64,000 bases of DNA. Origin: Trueperaceae bacterium. GTDB lineage: Bacteria; Deinococcota; Deinococci; Deinococcales; Trueperaceae. Both the position numbers and the translations under genes were made by a program. Shown piece after piece: positions 52,962 to 63,577 of this stretch; position 1 is the stretch's first letter; the number at the start of each line of letters is the position of its first letter. The stretch is from NCBI GenBank assembly GCA_965214405.1, contig OZ243956.1:2944001-3008000 (forward strand), read 5' to 3'. The notes beneath the pieces are model-generated. The model saw only the letters and a program-made list of their open reading frames with translations. It searched no databases and was not told the origin of the DNA.

Positions 52962-53254
52962 ACCCGCTAGACTCTAACATCTTGAACGTGGCGGTGCTCA
53001 TCGGCTTCGGGATGCTTTCTCTGGCACTCGTCATGGCGTTCGTGCGGCTCGTGCGCGGCCCCAGTCTGCCCGACCGCGTGGTGGCGCTCGACCTCATCGC
53101 CTTTATCGCGGTGGCCTTTATCGCGCTTACGAGCGTCGCCACGGGGCAGGAGGTCTTTTTGGACGCCGCGGTCGCGCTCGCGCTCATCGCTTTTTTGGGC
53201 ACGCTCGCGTTCGCCCGCTCCGTCGGGCGTGGGCGGCTCGAGGGGGAGCCGTGA
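52958..53254 (+). CDS. mrpF: Na+/H+ antiporter subunit F
   Basis: RLVRGPS.PDRVVALD. Confidence 0.92.
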   Translation: MNPLDSNILNVAVLIGFGMLSLALVMAFVRLVRGPSLPDRVVALDLIAFIAVAFIALTSVATGQEVFLDAAVALALIAFLGTLAFARSVGRGRLEGEP

Positions 53255-53646
53255 GCGATATCATCGCGGCGGGCCTCATCTTGCTCGGCGGCGCGTTCAT
53301 ACTCATTTCGGCCTTGGGACTCCTGCGGATGCCCGACCTCTACATGCGGATGCACGCGGCCACCAAGGCGGGCACGCTGGGCGCGGGACTCATGTTGGGG
53401 GCGCTCGCGGTCTTTTTCGGCGGCTTGGGCGTGGTCGCCGAAGCGCTCGCCGTCATCATCTTTTTGCTGCTCACCGCGCCCGTCGCGGCGCACGTGCTGG
53501 GGCGGGCGAGCTACAGGAGCGGCGTCACGCTCTGGGAGGAGACGCGCTTTGACGAGCTCGAGGCCTACCTAAACACCCGCGCCTCCCCTCAACCCGACCC
53601 GGACCCCGCCCCGGTGCGCTCGCCCCTCGGCGCGCCCGACGCCTAA
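53251..53646 (+). CDS. mrpG: Na+/H+ antiporter subunit G
   Basis: RMPDLY.RMHAATK.GTLG, TAPVAAH. Confidence 0.92.
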   Translation: MSDIIAAGLILLGGAFILISALGLLRMPDLYMRMHAATKAGTLGAGLMLGALAVFFGGLGVVAEALAVIIFLLLTAPVAAHVLGRASYRSGVTLWEETRFDELEAYLNTRASPQPDPDPAPVRSPLGAPDA

Positions 53647-53660
53647 AGGAAAGGAGCATC

Positions 53661-54098
53661 ATGCCGCCCGACCTGCTCAACCGCGACCGCAAGCGCGGTG
53701 ACAAACACGGCCAGCAACACCGTCAGAAACACAAATACAAAAGTTTTCGGCCCCTCCAAAAGCTTGGCGTGTTCGCCTCGGGTTTGCGCTTGGCGGTCCT
53801 CGGCGACCGCACCGTGGCGTTCCAGGTGATCGTCTCGCTCGCGGTCCTCGCCGCGGCGTTCGCGCTGCGCGAGTGGCTTGATGTGCTCCTCATCCTGGTG
53901 GTGACCGGCGTGGTGCTGACGACCGAATTCATGAACACGGCGCTCGAGGCGCTCAGCGACTACGTCCAGCCTGAGTTCGACCCAAAAATCGGTGCCATCA
54001 AGGACATCGCGGCGGCGGCGACGGGTATCGCCCTTGTGGTCTGGCTCATCACCTTAATGGTCGAGGTCGGCAGGCTGTGGGCGGTTTTTCGGGCCTGA
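53661..54098 (+). CDS. dgkA: Prokaryotic diacylglycerol/undecaprenol kinase
   Basis: EFMNTALE..D and IKDIAAAA motifs. Confidence 0.8.
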   Translation: MPPDLLNRDRKRGDKHGQQHRQKHKYKSFRPLQKLGVFASGLRLAVLGDRTVAFQVIVSLAVLAAAFALREWLDVLLILVVTGVVLTTEFMNTALEALSDYVQPEFDPKIGAIKDIAAAATGIALVVWLITLMVEVGRLWAVFRA

Positions 54099-54236
54099 CC
54101 AGCGCTCCCGCCGCTTCCGGATACCGGCAACCTTAGAGTTCATATCCGCAGAACCGAACCTCACTAGCACCAAGCCTCACTAGCACCAACGTCCGCCAGA
54201 ACGAAATCATCGAAAACCGTTAGAAAGGAGAAGAAC

Positions 54237-54770
54237 ATGAACCCGACGCTAAACGAAGGCTTAGCAGCGAGCGAGACCGCCTGGAGCTGGCTCCTACTGG
54301 GCGAATGGCTTATCGCGCTCGGCATCCTCGCGGTCGCGGGCGGCGTCCTCTGGACGGTGGTCCAGAACCGCCGCATCCTGCGCGCCGAGAGCACGCCGAA
54401 CCTGATCTTTGACGACCTTGTGTTTGCCCGCCGGGACGGGCAGAACGCCTACACGCTCTCGTCTCAGGCGGTCAACCTGGGGCGCTTTCCCGTCTATTTG
54501 CGCGCGCTCACCTACGGCACCGACACCATGCACAGCCGGGCGGCCGAGGCGCTGCACGTGCTTATCCCGCCGGGCGAGTCGCGGGGCTTCGAGCACGACT
54601 TCGACCATCTGACGGTCGTCGAGGGCGGCACGCTCGGTTTTGAATTTCAGTACGGCGCGACGGGCGCGCGGGTCCACAAGCTCGAGTTCCCGCTAAGCCT
54701 GACCAGGCAAAACGACGTCGTCGTCAAAGCGCAGCCCTCAGGCGAAACGGCGAGCGTGGTGCCGTCTTAA
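54237..54770 (+). CDS. Membrane-anchored hypothetical protein
   Basis: RBS AAGGAG; single TM segment then beta-rich domain. Confidence 0.65.
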   Translation: MNPTLNEGLAASETAWSWLLLGEWLIALGILAVAGGVLWTVVQNRRILRAESTPNLIFDDLVFARRDGQNAYTLSSQAVNLGRFPVYLRALTYGTDTMHSRAAEALHVLIPPGESRGFEHDFDHLTVVEGGTLGFEFQYGATGARVHKLEFPLSLTRQNDVVVKAQPSGETASVVPS

Positions 54771-54879
54771 TGTCCAAAGATGTAATATTCCAGGTCGTGA
54801 CATTCGGGGCTGTAACGTTTGGGGCTGTAACGCCTAACGTGAAGGTCGCTGTCACGAGTACGCCAGAGGCCGCCTGAAG

Positions 54880-55839
54880 GTGGCCGCGCTCCTCATCGTC
54901 CTGGGGCTGGGCGGGCTGTTTGTGGGCGGCGAGCTGCTCGTGCGCTTCGCGTCGCGTCTGGCGCGGCGGCTGGGAATAAGCTCCCTCGTCATCGGCCTGA
55001 CGGTGGTGGCTTTCGGCACGAGCGCGCCCGAACTCGCCGCCAGCCTCACCGCGGCGCTACGCGGCAACGCCGGGATCGCGTTGGGCAACGTGATCGGCTC
55101 GAACATCGCCAACATCGGGCTCATCTTGGGGGTGAGCGCCCTCGTCACGCCGCTCGCCACCCGCGCGCCCTTTTTGCGCCGCGAGCTGCCCTTTATGCTC
55201 CTCACCAGCGCCGCGCTGCTGCCGCTCTTGTCCGACGGTCGCTTGAGCCGAGTGGAGGGCCTGGGCCTCATCGTGGTTCTCCTCGCCTATCTGGCGGTGC
55301 TGCTGCGCGGTGCCGCACGTGAAGCGCCGTCCGGTAGGGCGTCCGAAGCAACCGGAGCAACGGGAGAAGCAGAGGGTGACAGGGGAGGCCCTGGTCCGCT
55401 CCTGCTGAGCCTGCTCGGTATCGCGGGCGGCTTGGTCCTTTTGGTCGGCGGCGCGCAGGCGCTCGTCTCGGGCGCGGTCACCGTCGCCAGCGCGCTCGGC
55501 GTGCCCGAGAATGTGATCGGCTTGACCCTGGTGGCCGTGGGCACCAGCCTGCCCGAACTCGCCTCCTCCCTCGCCGCCGCCCTCAAGCGCGAGCCCGATA
55601 TTGTGTTAGGCAACATCGTCGGCTCGAACATCTTTAACGTGCTCGCCATCCTGGGCATCTCGAGCGTGGTTCAGCCGCTCGCCACCACCGCCGCCTTTGG
55701 CTTAGATCTGTGGATCATGCTGGGCTTTAGCCTGCTGGTCGTCCCCTTTTTGGTCACGCGCCTCACCCTGAGCCGCTGGGAGGGAGGACTGCTTGTGGGG
55801 CTCTACGCCGCCTACACCGCGTGGCTTTTCGTGCGCTAA
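54880..55839 (+). CDS. Calcium/sodium antiporter (YrbG family)
   Basis: Two GTS.PE...GN..GSNI alpha repeats. Confidence 0.92.
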   Translation: MAALLIVLGLGGLFVGGELLVRFASRLARRLGISSLVIGLTVVAFGTSAPELAASLTAALRGNAGIALGNVIGSNIANIGLILGVSALVTPLATRAPFLRRELPFMLLTSAALLPLLSDGRLSRVEGLGLIVVLLAYLAVLLRGAAREAPSGRASEATGATGEAEGDRGGPGPLLLSLLGIAGGLVLLVGGAQALVSGAVTVASALGVPENVIGLTLVAVGTSLPELASSLAAALKREPDIVLGNIVGSNIFNVLAILGISSVVQPLATTAAFGLDLWIMLGFSLLVVPFLVTRLTLSRWEGGLLVGLYAAYTAWLFVR

Positions 55840-55899
55840 CAACGGGAAAAACGATTCAGACATCGGTTCACGAAACCTGAAGATTTGAAAGGAGAAAAA

Positions 55900-56892
55900 A
55901 TGACAACAAGCGAAAAAGAAGCGGTCGCAACGCTCTGCCTTATGGCGGCGTTTGCCGACGGACAAAAGGGTGGCGAGGAGCGTGAGCACATTAAAGCTGT
56001 CGTAGAAACGCTGGACGGCGTCAGCACCCCCGCCCTCTACCAAAGGGTGCTCCTCAACAAAGTAACGCTCGAGGAGGCCGCGGGCGCGCTCGAGCGCCCC
56101 GAGACCCGCAGCTTAGCCTTTGAAATGGCGGTCGGCGTGTGCGACGCCGACGGCGTGATGAACCCGTCCGAGCGCGCCTTTCTGGAAAAGCTGGCGTCCG
56201 CCCTGGGGTTGTCCGACGATGCGAGAGACGAGGTCGAGAAAACTGCGGAGACCCTCGCCGCGGGGGCGCTTTCTGAACGTCCTGCGGGCGCTGCAACGCC
56301 TGTGACGCCTGTTATCCCCGTAACCCCTGCCGTCACGGCCACGGGAACGAGCGGCGACGCGCTCGGCTCGAGCGCCCCCGACGAAAAGGACTTGGACGCG
56401 ATGATCCTCAACCACGCGGTGCTCGCGGGCGCGCTGGAGCTTTTGCCGCAGTCCTTGGCGACGGTCGCCATCTTGCCCTTGCAGATGAAGCTGGTCTACA
56501 GCGTCGGCCAGCGGCACGGTTACGCGCTGGACGGCGGGAGCGTCCGCGAGTTTCTGGCGGTCGCGGGCGTGGGCGCGACCTCGCAGGTTTTCGAGGGTTA
56601 CGCGCGCAAGCTCTTCGGCTCGGTCGCCAAAAAAGCGCTCGGCAAGGGCGGCAAAAAGCTGACCAAAAGCGCGACGGGGGCGCTCCTGACGTTCGCCACC
56701 ACCTACGGGCTCGGCCAGGTCGCTGTCAGCTACTACGCGGGCGGCAGGACCCTCACGCCGGGGCAGATTCAGGGGGTGTTTGCTGACAAGCTCGAGCAGG
56801 GCAAGGCGCTTTTTGCTCAGCATCAGGACGCGGTGAGAGCGCAAAGCGAAAGGGTCAACCTGCGCGACTTAGTGGGGATGGTGGGGCGCTAA
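55900..56892 (+). CDS. TerB-like / DUF533-DUF697 domain protein
   Basis: MAAFADG....ER and DADG..N.SER.FL..LA..LGL; C-terminal PLQMKLVY.VG. Confidence 0.7.
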   Translation: MTTSEKEAVATLCLMAAFADGQKGGEEREHIKAVVETLDGVSTPALYQRVLLNKVTLEEAAGALERPETRSLAFEMAVGVCDADGVMNPSERAFLEKLASALGLSDDARDEVEKTAETLAAGALSERPAGAATPVTPVIPVTPAVTATGTSGDALGSSAPDEKDLDAMILNHAVLAGALELLPQSLATVAILPLQMKLVYSVGQRHGYALDGGSVREFLAVAGVGATSQVFEGYARKLFGSVAKKALGKGGKKLTKSATGALLTFATTYGLGQVAVSYYAGGRTLTPGQIQGVFADKLEQGKALFAQHQDAVRAQSERVNLRDLVGMVGR

Positions 56893-57068
56893 AGTTGCGC
56901 CTTGACACATCGCCCGGAAGCCGCGCTTAAACGTCGTGTGCAGCGAGGGCGGCGCTGCACACTCCATCTTCTTTATGCCCCATTTCTTGAAACGCGGCTT
57001 CCTCCTCTTGCCGCAGTGAGGCGTAGGCTCTCATCTATTCTCATCATATTCTCTGTAAAATTTAGCTA

Positions 57069-57188
57069 TCCAGGGGAGTAGCCGCCCACGTACAGCTCAT
57101 GTACAAAGGGAGCGAGCCGCCGTCAATACGGAGACCACATCGTTTAATTAGAGGTTTCCCGGTCGCTCGCATACAAGGCAAGACCTGA
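57069..57188 (+). ncRNA. yybP-ykoY (Mn2+) riboswitch
   Basis: CAGGGGAGTAGC...CGTCAATAC...GCAAGACCTG signature directly upstream of a terC-like start. Confidence 0.8.
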
Positions 57189-57200
57189 AGAGGAGTCCGA

Positions 57201-57360
57201 ATGGACCTGCCGCTTTGGGTTTGGCTTGTATCTATAGGTGGTCTGTCAGGAATCGTTGCCCCTGACCTGGACGTTTTTCACCACAAACCCCACGAAGCGC
57301 GTACCGTCAGCGTCAGAGCGGCCTCGAGCTGGAGCGCCGTCTGGGTCGTGCTGTCGCCTT
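57201..57360 (+). pseudogene. TerC/Alx membrane protein N-terminal remnant
   Basis: MDLPLWVW...DL.VFH.KPHE..VSVR.A..WSAVWV; similarity ends after about 52 aa. Confidence 0.7.
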
Positions 57361-57463
57361 TTTGCTTTTCTTACCCTTTTCACCCTTTTCGCAGTGGCGC
57401 GGCAAAAGACGCTGCCGCCGCCCCTCCCAAAACAGCGTCAAAGCGTAGCAGGAAAGGAACCAA

Positions 57464-57688
57464 GTGACGACTTTGCTTTGTCCGAGAGACGGCAGCACCA
57501 TGAACGAGATTGTGCGCGACGAGGTGCTTATTGACGTGTGTCCCCAGTGCCGCGGCGTCTGGCTCGACCGCGGGGAACTGGAAAAGCTTATGGCGCAGGT
57601 GTATCTGCCCGACGACGCCAACGTGGCTTATGAGAGTAAGGGGATGTACAAGCGCCAACGTCCGAGCTTACAAGATTTCTTCGAGTAG
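57464..57688 (+). CDS. zf-TFIIB-like zinc ribbon protein
   Basis: CPRD..M...IDVCPQCRGVWLDRGELEK. Confidence 0.85.
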   Translation: MTTLLCPRDGSTMNEIVRDEVLIDVCPQCRGVWLDRGELEKLMAQVYLPDDANVAYESKGMYKRQRPSLQDFFE

Positions 57689-57752
57689 TTTTTTGGTCAA
57701 TCAAACGTTGATGAGTTTAGGAAGCGTTAGATGAATTTAGGGAGGAAAGATC

Positions 57753-58415
57753 ATGATACTTTTTATCGTCACCTTGGCCGCTACGCTGCTCGTGCAGCTC
57801 TACTTGCGCCGCACCTACAGCAAGTGGCAGGCGGTACCCTCGACCGCCGGGCTCACCGGGGCGGAAACGGCTCGAGCCATCCTGGACGCGAACGATCTGC
57901 GCGAGGTGCGAGTCGAAGCCGTGGCGGGCGAGCTTTCTGACCACTACGACCCGCGCGAGCGCGTCGTGCGCCTCTCGGAGGCGAACTACCGGGGGGCGAG
58001 CGTGGCCGGGGTGGCCGTGGCCGCCCACGAGGTAGGGCACGCGCTCCAGCACGCGGGGGCGTACAAGCCGCTCGTCTGGCGCGCGACGCTCGTCCCGGTC
58101 GCGGGCGTCGGGGCCAACTTCGGGCCGTGGCTGGTCATCTTGGGCGCGGTCGTAGGCGCGAGCGGGCTGGTCGGGTTCGGCATTGTGCTCTTTGGCGCGG
58201 CGGTGCTTTTTCAGCTCGTCACGCTGCCCGTCGAGTTCGACGCGAGCCGCCGGGCGCTCGCCCAACTCGAGCGTTTAGAGCTCGTTACCGCGCGCGACGC
58301 CGGGGGCTCGAGGGGGGTGCTCAACGCCGCCGCCCTGACCTATGTGGCGGCCGCCGCCGCGTCGGTGGCCTATTTGCTCTACTACCTGAGCATGTTTATG
58401 GGTGGGGAGGAGTAA
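57753..58415 (+). CDS. Neutral zinc metallopeptidase (YugP-like)
   Basis: DHYDP, AAHEVGHALQ, TLPVEFDASRRA and AALTYVA motifs. Confidence 0.92.
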   Translation: MILFIVTLAATLLVQLYLRRTYSKWQAVPSTAGLTGAETARAILDANDLREVRVEAVAGELSDHYDPRERVVRLSEANYRGASVAGVAVAAHEVGHALQHAGAYKPLVWRATLVPVAGVGANFGPWLVILGAVVGASGLVGFGIVLFGAAVLFQLVTLPVEFDASRRALAQLERLELVTARDAGGSRGVLNAAALTYVAAAAASVAYLLYYLSMFMGGEE

Positions 58416-58675
58416 CCTCTACGGTTCTGAGTAGCCGCGTCCGCCCTGGCGACGCGGCGCTTGTTTCTTAACGTCTCTACTCCCACCGGGGTGACGCTAA
58501 TCACCGCCCCGCGGCATCCTAGTGGGGGAGCTTAACGACTTGGGTCACCTTCTCGAGCCTCTTTCTCTACACCTAAATTCGCTGCCGGGGCAAAAGTGTT
58601 AAGGGGGTGCCAGTCGCTCCACTTTGATGAACCTGATCAATCTAAGAGCCGGTCACGTTCAGAAAGGCCTACACC

Positions 58676-58894
58676 ATGAGCCGAGATATCGACGTCGAAA
58701 AGCCGTACAACAAGCGCGAGGTCGCCGCCAAGCTGCGCCGCCTCGCCGACGCGCTCGAACAAGGAAAAACCTTCGGGATCCAGATAGCGGGTCACCGGGT
58801 TCACGTGCCAGCCCGCGCCACCGTCGAGCTCGAATACGAACGAGAGGGTGATGAGGCGGAGATCGAGATCGAGATAAAGTGGTCCAGGCGCTGA
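58676..58894 (+). CDS. Amphi-Trp domain protein
   Basis: KLRRLADALE.G...VP....ELEYERE...EIEIEIKW. Confidence 0.8.
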   Translation: MSRDIDVEKPYNKREVAAKLRRLADALEQGKTFGIQIAGHRVHVPARATVELEYEREGDEAEIEIEIKWSRR

Positions 58895-59013
58895 AAGTTT
58901 TATATGGTGAGGCGGGCCGCTTTGCGCTCTACGTTTGAACACATAGGAAGCTGCTCCTTCGGGCGGTTGCGTCTTCACTTATTGTGCGAGAGACGCGCGC
59001 GGCGCGCGCAGAA

Positions 59014-59455
59014 GGCGTTGTCAAGTTCACTCGAGCCCCAACTGATAAGAGCAGCGAAAACCCTACTACCGCATTACGCTTTAGGCCGTGAGGTGGAGGC
59101 CCGCGACCTCCCGCCAGCTCGTAAAGCGCTGCCTCATCTCCTGGCGGCAGGCTGGGGCGGGGAGTAAGGGACGCCTGGGGCGGAAACGTGAGGAGACGAA
59201 GCTGTAAGCGCAGAGAAACCGCTGTGCCTGACCCGGTGATTTGAAGCGTCGCAACGGCAGGGCAACTGCCCGTAACGTATGCGCCTCTCTCTTCTTCTCG
59301 TTGGGCGGCGGGAGTTCTCGGCGCGGTTGTTGAGCCCCTTGTGCTGGCGACGCTCGGTGTCGAAAAGGATTTCCTTTTTGGCCGCTTCGTGGCTCCTCAG
59401 CTTATCGGTGACGATCACGCGAGCCTTTTTTATCTCGAGGGTCATCTCCTTAAAC
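59014..59455 (-). mobile_element. IS6-family remnant (3' part of transposase and one TIR)
   Basis: VTDKLRS...QHKGLNNRAENS.RPTRRRER; frameshifted; GGCGTTGTCAAGTT end at 59014. Confidence 0.75.
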
Positions 59456-59636
59456 ACACCAGGCACTGTTTAGCCTCATCTCGCTTTTAACCTGCTCGGC
59501 TTGGGTTGATAAAACCGGAGGAGCTGTGGCAAGAGCGCAAGGGAACCGCTTTAGAAACGTTTTGCCAGCCGACACGCTGGTCCTGTGGGCGAGGATTATT
59601 TAGTCGAAATTGGGGCAGGAGCGGTGCTCCGTAAGG

Positions 59637-60782
59637 CTACGCGACCACCAAAAGCTCACGAAATCCCTTGGTCAGTGGCGCTCCCCCGTCAGGTCCAACC
59701 ACAACCACGTCTTCGACGCGGCAAGAAAAGGTGTCGAACTGCGTGATGCTCGGCTCGACGGTGAACAGCATGTTTTCTTGCAGCAGCGTCTCATCTCCTG
59801 CTGTTAAGAAGGGGCGTTCGTGAACGTCGAGCCCGATGGCGTGGCCTAAACGGTGGCGGAACGCCTCGCCGTAGCCCGCCTGGGCCAGTACGTCTCGAGC
59901 CGCCTTGTCGGCCTCGCTGGTCGTCTTTTCGTCGGCCTGCAGCGCAGCGATGCCCGCTTCTTGTGAGGTCATAACGAGCCGGAAAATCTCCAGAAAAGAC
60001 GCGTCCGGCTCGCCGAAGAAGACGGTGCGCCCGTAGTCGTAGCAGTAGCCGTCCAAAATCGCCCCGAAATCGAACAAGATCGAAACTGGCGGGGTCAAGA
60101 CACGCTTCCAGGTGACCTGCCGCCGACCGAACAAAAGGGGATGACGGGGGCCGGAGTTGTAAAGCGAGGTGGTAAACGACGGACCCAACGACCCGTGTTT
60201 ACGCAGTTGATAATCGACTTCAGAGACAATATCCAACTCGGTCATCCCGTGCTCGAGCTTCCCCAGCACCTCACCAAACGCGGCTTCTGTGATTTCGCCC
60301 GCCTTACGCATCACCGCGATTTCTTCGTCCGTTTTAACGGCGCGTAGAGGCTGCAACACGTGTGAGGCCGACATGAAGCTGGCCCCCGGCAACAGCCCGC
60401 TAAGTTCGCTCACCGTTGTTCCGTGCGTCGCGCTACCGATAGCGACGCGTGGGTTCGCGGGTAAAGAAAAGTCTTCGACAAGACCTTTGACCATCTTGCG
60501 GGGGTCGTCAAAATCGTTCAGGACGCGCAGTTGCACGCCCTTCAAAGCGGCTAAGCCGCCGAACTCAGCCGTCATGCGGGGCAGGGCGAGGATGGGTTCT
60601 CGGCTCGGGCTGAGCCACGCCCCTTCCAACCAGTCGCCGGGATGAACGACCGCGCCGTAGTTCGGAATGTCGCGCGGCACGCCCGTCAGGTACTGCAAGT
60701 CGGCGGATAGGGGGAAAAACGCGAGGTCGGCAGCGCCCTCTAAGCGTCTTTGAAAAGTAGCGAGTCGTTGCGAATAGTTCAT
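59637..60782 (-). CDS. Xaa-Pro peptidase (M24)
   Basis: DFG..GY..D.GRT, HRLGHAIGLDVHE, TVEP and RVED motifs. Confidence 0.92.
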   Translation of the reverse strand: MNYSQRLATFQRRLEGAADLAFFPLSADLQYLTGVPRDIPNYGAVVHPGDWLEGAWLSPSREPILALPRMTAEFGGLAALKGVQLRVLNDFDDPRKMVKGLVEDFSLPANPRVAIGSATHGTTVSELSGLLPGASFMSASHVLQPLRAVKTDEEIAVMRKAGEITEAAFGEVLGKLEHGMTELDIVSEVDYQLRKHGSLGPSFTTSLYNSGPRHPLLFGRRQVTWKRVLTPPVSILFDFGAILDGYCYDYGRTVFFGEPDASFLEIFRLVMTSQEAGIAALQADEKTTSEADKAARDVLAQAGYGEAFRHRLGHAIGLDVHERPFLTAGDETLLQENMLFTVEPSITQFDTFSCRVEDVVVVGPDGGAPLTKGFRELLVVA

Positions 60783-60860
60783 AAATAACCTCGGTCGAGT
60801 ATTTTTGTTAGTATACCGTGGGTCAGCAACGTTGCAGAAGACTTGACAAGGAGAATAAAG

Positions 60861-62471
60861 ATGCTACAGCGGCTCTTCTCGAGGATTCGACCCTCATACG
60901 TCTTGCTTATCGCCGTCGGCCTGGCGCTGACGCTGGTGCTAACGATGTCCAGCGCAACAGCTCAGGATGAAAAAGTCATCGTCATCGGCCACACCGAGGT
61001 CGCCGAAGCTTACGACCCGGCCCACGGCTTTAGCCCCACGGCCGGGATTGTTGACAAGGCAACCTACGATACGCTCGTGACTTTTCCGGACGGCGACGCC
61101 AGTTCCGTCGAGCCGCTCCTGGCAAGCGACTGGTCTATTTCGGAAGACGGGCTCGTTTATACCTTTACCTTGCGGGACGATGTCACCTTTGCCAACGGCG
61201 ACCCCTTACAAGCCGAGGACGTGGTGTTTTCGTTCGATCGTCTCAAAAACGTCAAAGCTCAGCCTTCGTTTTTAGCCGACCCCATCGCCGGGCTCGAGGC
61301 GGTTGACGATTCAACCGTCGCCATCACCCTGAGCGAACCCCGCCCATCCTTTTTGTCCGAGCTGGCGAACACCGCGTTTTCGGTGACCAACGCCGACGTC
61401 GTGCGGGCCAACGGCGGCGCGGACGCCGCCGACGCCGCCGAAACCGACGCGGCGGTGGACTATTTAGACCAGACCTCGGCGGGCACCGGGCCTTATGTCT
61501 TAGAGAGCTGGGCACCGCAAGAAGAAACCGTGCTGGTGCGCAACCCCAACTTTTGGGGCGAAGCGCCCTACTTCGACCGCGTCGTCATCGTCAATATTCC
61601 CGAAGCGGCCACGCAAAAGGTCGCCTTAGAGTCCGGCAACATCGACCTCGCCACCGACCTGACACCCGACCAGGTGGTCGATCTGGAAACCAACGAGAGC
61701 GTCGGCATTTTCCGCGGCTCGAGCACCTGGACGCACTTTTTACTGATGAACCGCGATCCGGAGATTGGCGGCCCGCTCGCCGACCCGCTCGTGGCCGAAG
61801 CGGTGCGTTACGCGCTCGACTACGCGGGCTACCGCGACCTTTGGGAAGGCAGCGTCACGCCGGGCACGAACATGTGGATTGGCTTGGCGGGCGCTTACGG
61901 GCAAGACGAAGCTTTGGAGCGTGACGTGGAGAGAGCAAAAAGCCTGCTGGCGGAGGCTGGTTACCCGGACGGCTTCGACACCACGCTGAGTTACCCCGAC
62001 CTCACCTGGAGCGGCGTGAACATGAGCACCAACGCCCAAAAAATTCAGTCGGACTTGGCCGACGTCGGCGTCAACGTGACGCTCAACCCCGGCGAGGTGC
62101 AAGTCGCCCTCGAGGACTACCGCAACGGTCAGCAAGGCTTCGGCTACTGGTTTTGGGGGCCGGACAAACTCGACCCCGTAGACTTTTTGGAGTTCTTGCC
62201 CGGCGGCAAAGTGGCTTCCGAACGCACACGCTGGACTGAAGGCGCGGCGAGCGCAGAGGTGCTCGAGCTTATCGCTCGGGCTAAAGTTGAGTCCGACCCC
62301 GCGGCGCGCACCGAAATCTTTAACCAACTGCAAGACTTCGCGCAGGCGAGTAGCGCGTTTGCCCCCTTTAGCGTGCCCGCCGTCCAAACTGCGTTCCGCT
62401 CCGACATTGAAGGCTACGTCTGGCACCCGCAGTGGGGTCTGGACGTTGCGCTGCTCAGCCGCAAGGAGTAG
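60861..62471 (+). CDS. Peptide/nickel ABC substrate-binding protein (family 5)
   Basis: YDTLV, PLLA..W..S.DG..YTF.LR..V.F..G, GTGPY; start uncertain. Confidence 0.92.
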   Translation: MLQRLFSRIRPSYVLLIAVGLALTLVLTMSSATAQDEKVIVIGHTEVAEAYDPAHGFSPTAGIVDKATYDTLVTFPDGDASSVEPLLASDWSISEDGLVYTFTLRDDVTFANGDPLQAEDVVFSFDRLKNVKAQPSFLADPIAGLEAVDDSTVAITLSEPRPSFLSELANTAFSVTNADVVRANGGADAADAAETDAAVDYLDQTSAGTGPYVLESWAPQEETVLVRNPNFWGEAPYFDRVVIVNIPEAATQKVALESGNIDLATDLTPDQVVDLETNESVGIFRGSSTWTHFLLMNRDPEIGGPLADPLVAEAVRYALDYAGYRDLWEGSVTPGTNMWIGLAGAYGQDEALERDVERAKSLLAEAGYPDGFDTTLSYPDLTWSGVNMSTNAQKIQSDLADVGVNVTLNPGEVQVALEDYRNGQQGFGYWFWGPDKLDPVDFLEFLPGGKVASERTRWTEGAASAEVLELIARAKVESDPAARTEIFNQLQDFAQASSAFAPFSVPAVQTAFRSDIEGYVWHPQWGLDVALLSRKE

Positions 62472-62550
62472 AAACTAAGAGAGTAGGGATGTAGAGGGTG
62501 GGGGAGTTAAGGGTTTTCTTACTCCCCCACACCCCCACTCCCCTCGACCC

Positions 62551-63570
62551 ATGCCCATCTACCAGTACATCCTCAGACGCATTCTCTTCGCTCTCCCGCT
62601 GCTTTTGGGCATCACGGTGGTGGCGTTTCTGATTGCCAACGCGATTCCCGCCGACCCCATCAACGCCAACTTGCCGCAGAACGCGCTCAGCAACGAAAAG
62701 CTGGTGACGGCCTTTCGGGAAAAGTGGGGCCTGGACAAGCCGCCGCACATTCAGTATGTGACCTACGTGCGAAATTTGCTCCGTGGAGATATGGGAACGT
62801 CTATCAAAACCAAGAATCCGGTGCTCGAGGACATCAGACAGTTTTTGCCCGCCACGGTCGAACTGGCGACGGCGTCGATTTTCGTGGGGCTCCTGTTGGG
62901 CGTCAGTTTCGGGGTGATTTCAGCCGTGTGGCGCAACTCGTTTGCCGACTACGTCGTGCGGATTTTTGCGCTTGTCGGCGTGAGTTTTCCCGTTTTCTTG
63001 CTGGCGCTGGTCGCGCTGTCCGTGTTTCACGCGCGGCTCGGCTGGGTGGTGGGGCCGGGGCGACTGGGGTTTTTGGTCAAAGACCCGCCGCATGTGACGG
63101 GTTTGTTTACGGTCGACAGTTTGTTGGCCGGACAATGGAAAACCTTTCAAGACGCTGTCGCCCACCTCGTCTTGCCGAGCCTCGTGTTGGGCAGCTACGT
63201 GTCGGGCATCATCGCCCGCATCACGCGCTCGTCTCTTTTGGACGTGCTCGGGCTGGACTACATCCGCACCGCTCGCGCCAAGGGACAGCTCGAGCCCAAG
63301 GTCGTCTTGCGCCACGCGCTCTCCAACGCGCTCATTCCCGTCGTGACGATACTGGGCGTTCTCTACGGCAGCCTGCTGGCGGGGGCGGTGTTGACCGAGT
63401 CCATCTTCGCCTGGCCCGGCATCGGCCGTTACGCCTTTCGGGCCTCGACCTCGCAGGATTTTCCCGCCATCATGGGGGTGAGCATGTTGATTGCGCTGAT
63501 TTACGTGATTGCCAACTTTTTTGTCGACATTCTTTATTTCTGGCTCGACCCGCGTATAAGGTACTCGTGA
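62551..63570 (+). CDS. Peptide ABC permease (DppB/OppB-like)
   Basis: GLDKP..QY, PATVEL, DYIRTARAKG, DPRI. Confidence 0.93.
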   Translation: MPIYQYILRRILFALPLLLGITVVAFLIANAIPADPINANLPQNALSNEKLVTAFREKWGLDKPPHIQYVTYVRNLLRGDMGTSIKTKNPVLEDIRQFLPATVELATASIFVGLLLGVSFGVISAVWRNSFADYVVRIFALVGVSFPVFLLALVALSVFHARLGWVVGPGRLGFLVKDPPHVTGLFTVDSLLAGQWKTFQDAVAHLVLPSLVLGSYVSGIIARITRSSLLDVLGLDYIRTARAKGQLEPKVVLRHALSNALIPVVTILGVLYGSLLAGAVLTESIFAWPGIGRYAFRASTSQDFPAIMGVSMLIALIYVIANFFVDILYFWLDPRIRYS

Positions 63571-63577
63571 TTTAGCG

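Noticed and set aside
59462..59469. GGCACTGT as the second IS6 terminal repeat
   Set aside because: Only 8 bp and oriented away from the transposase remnant
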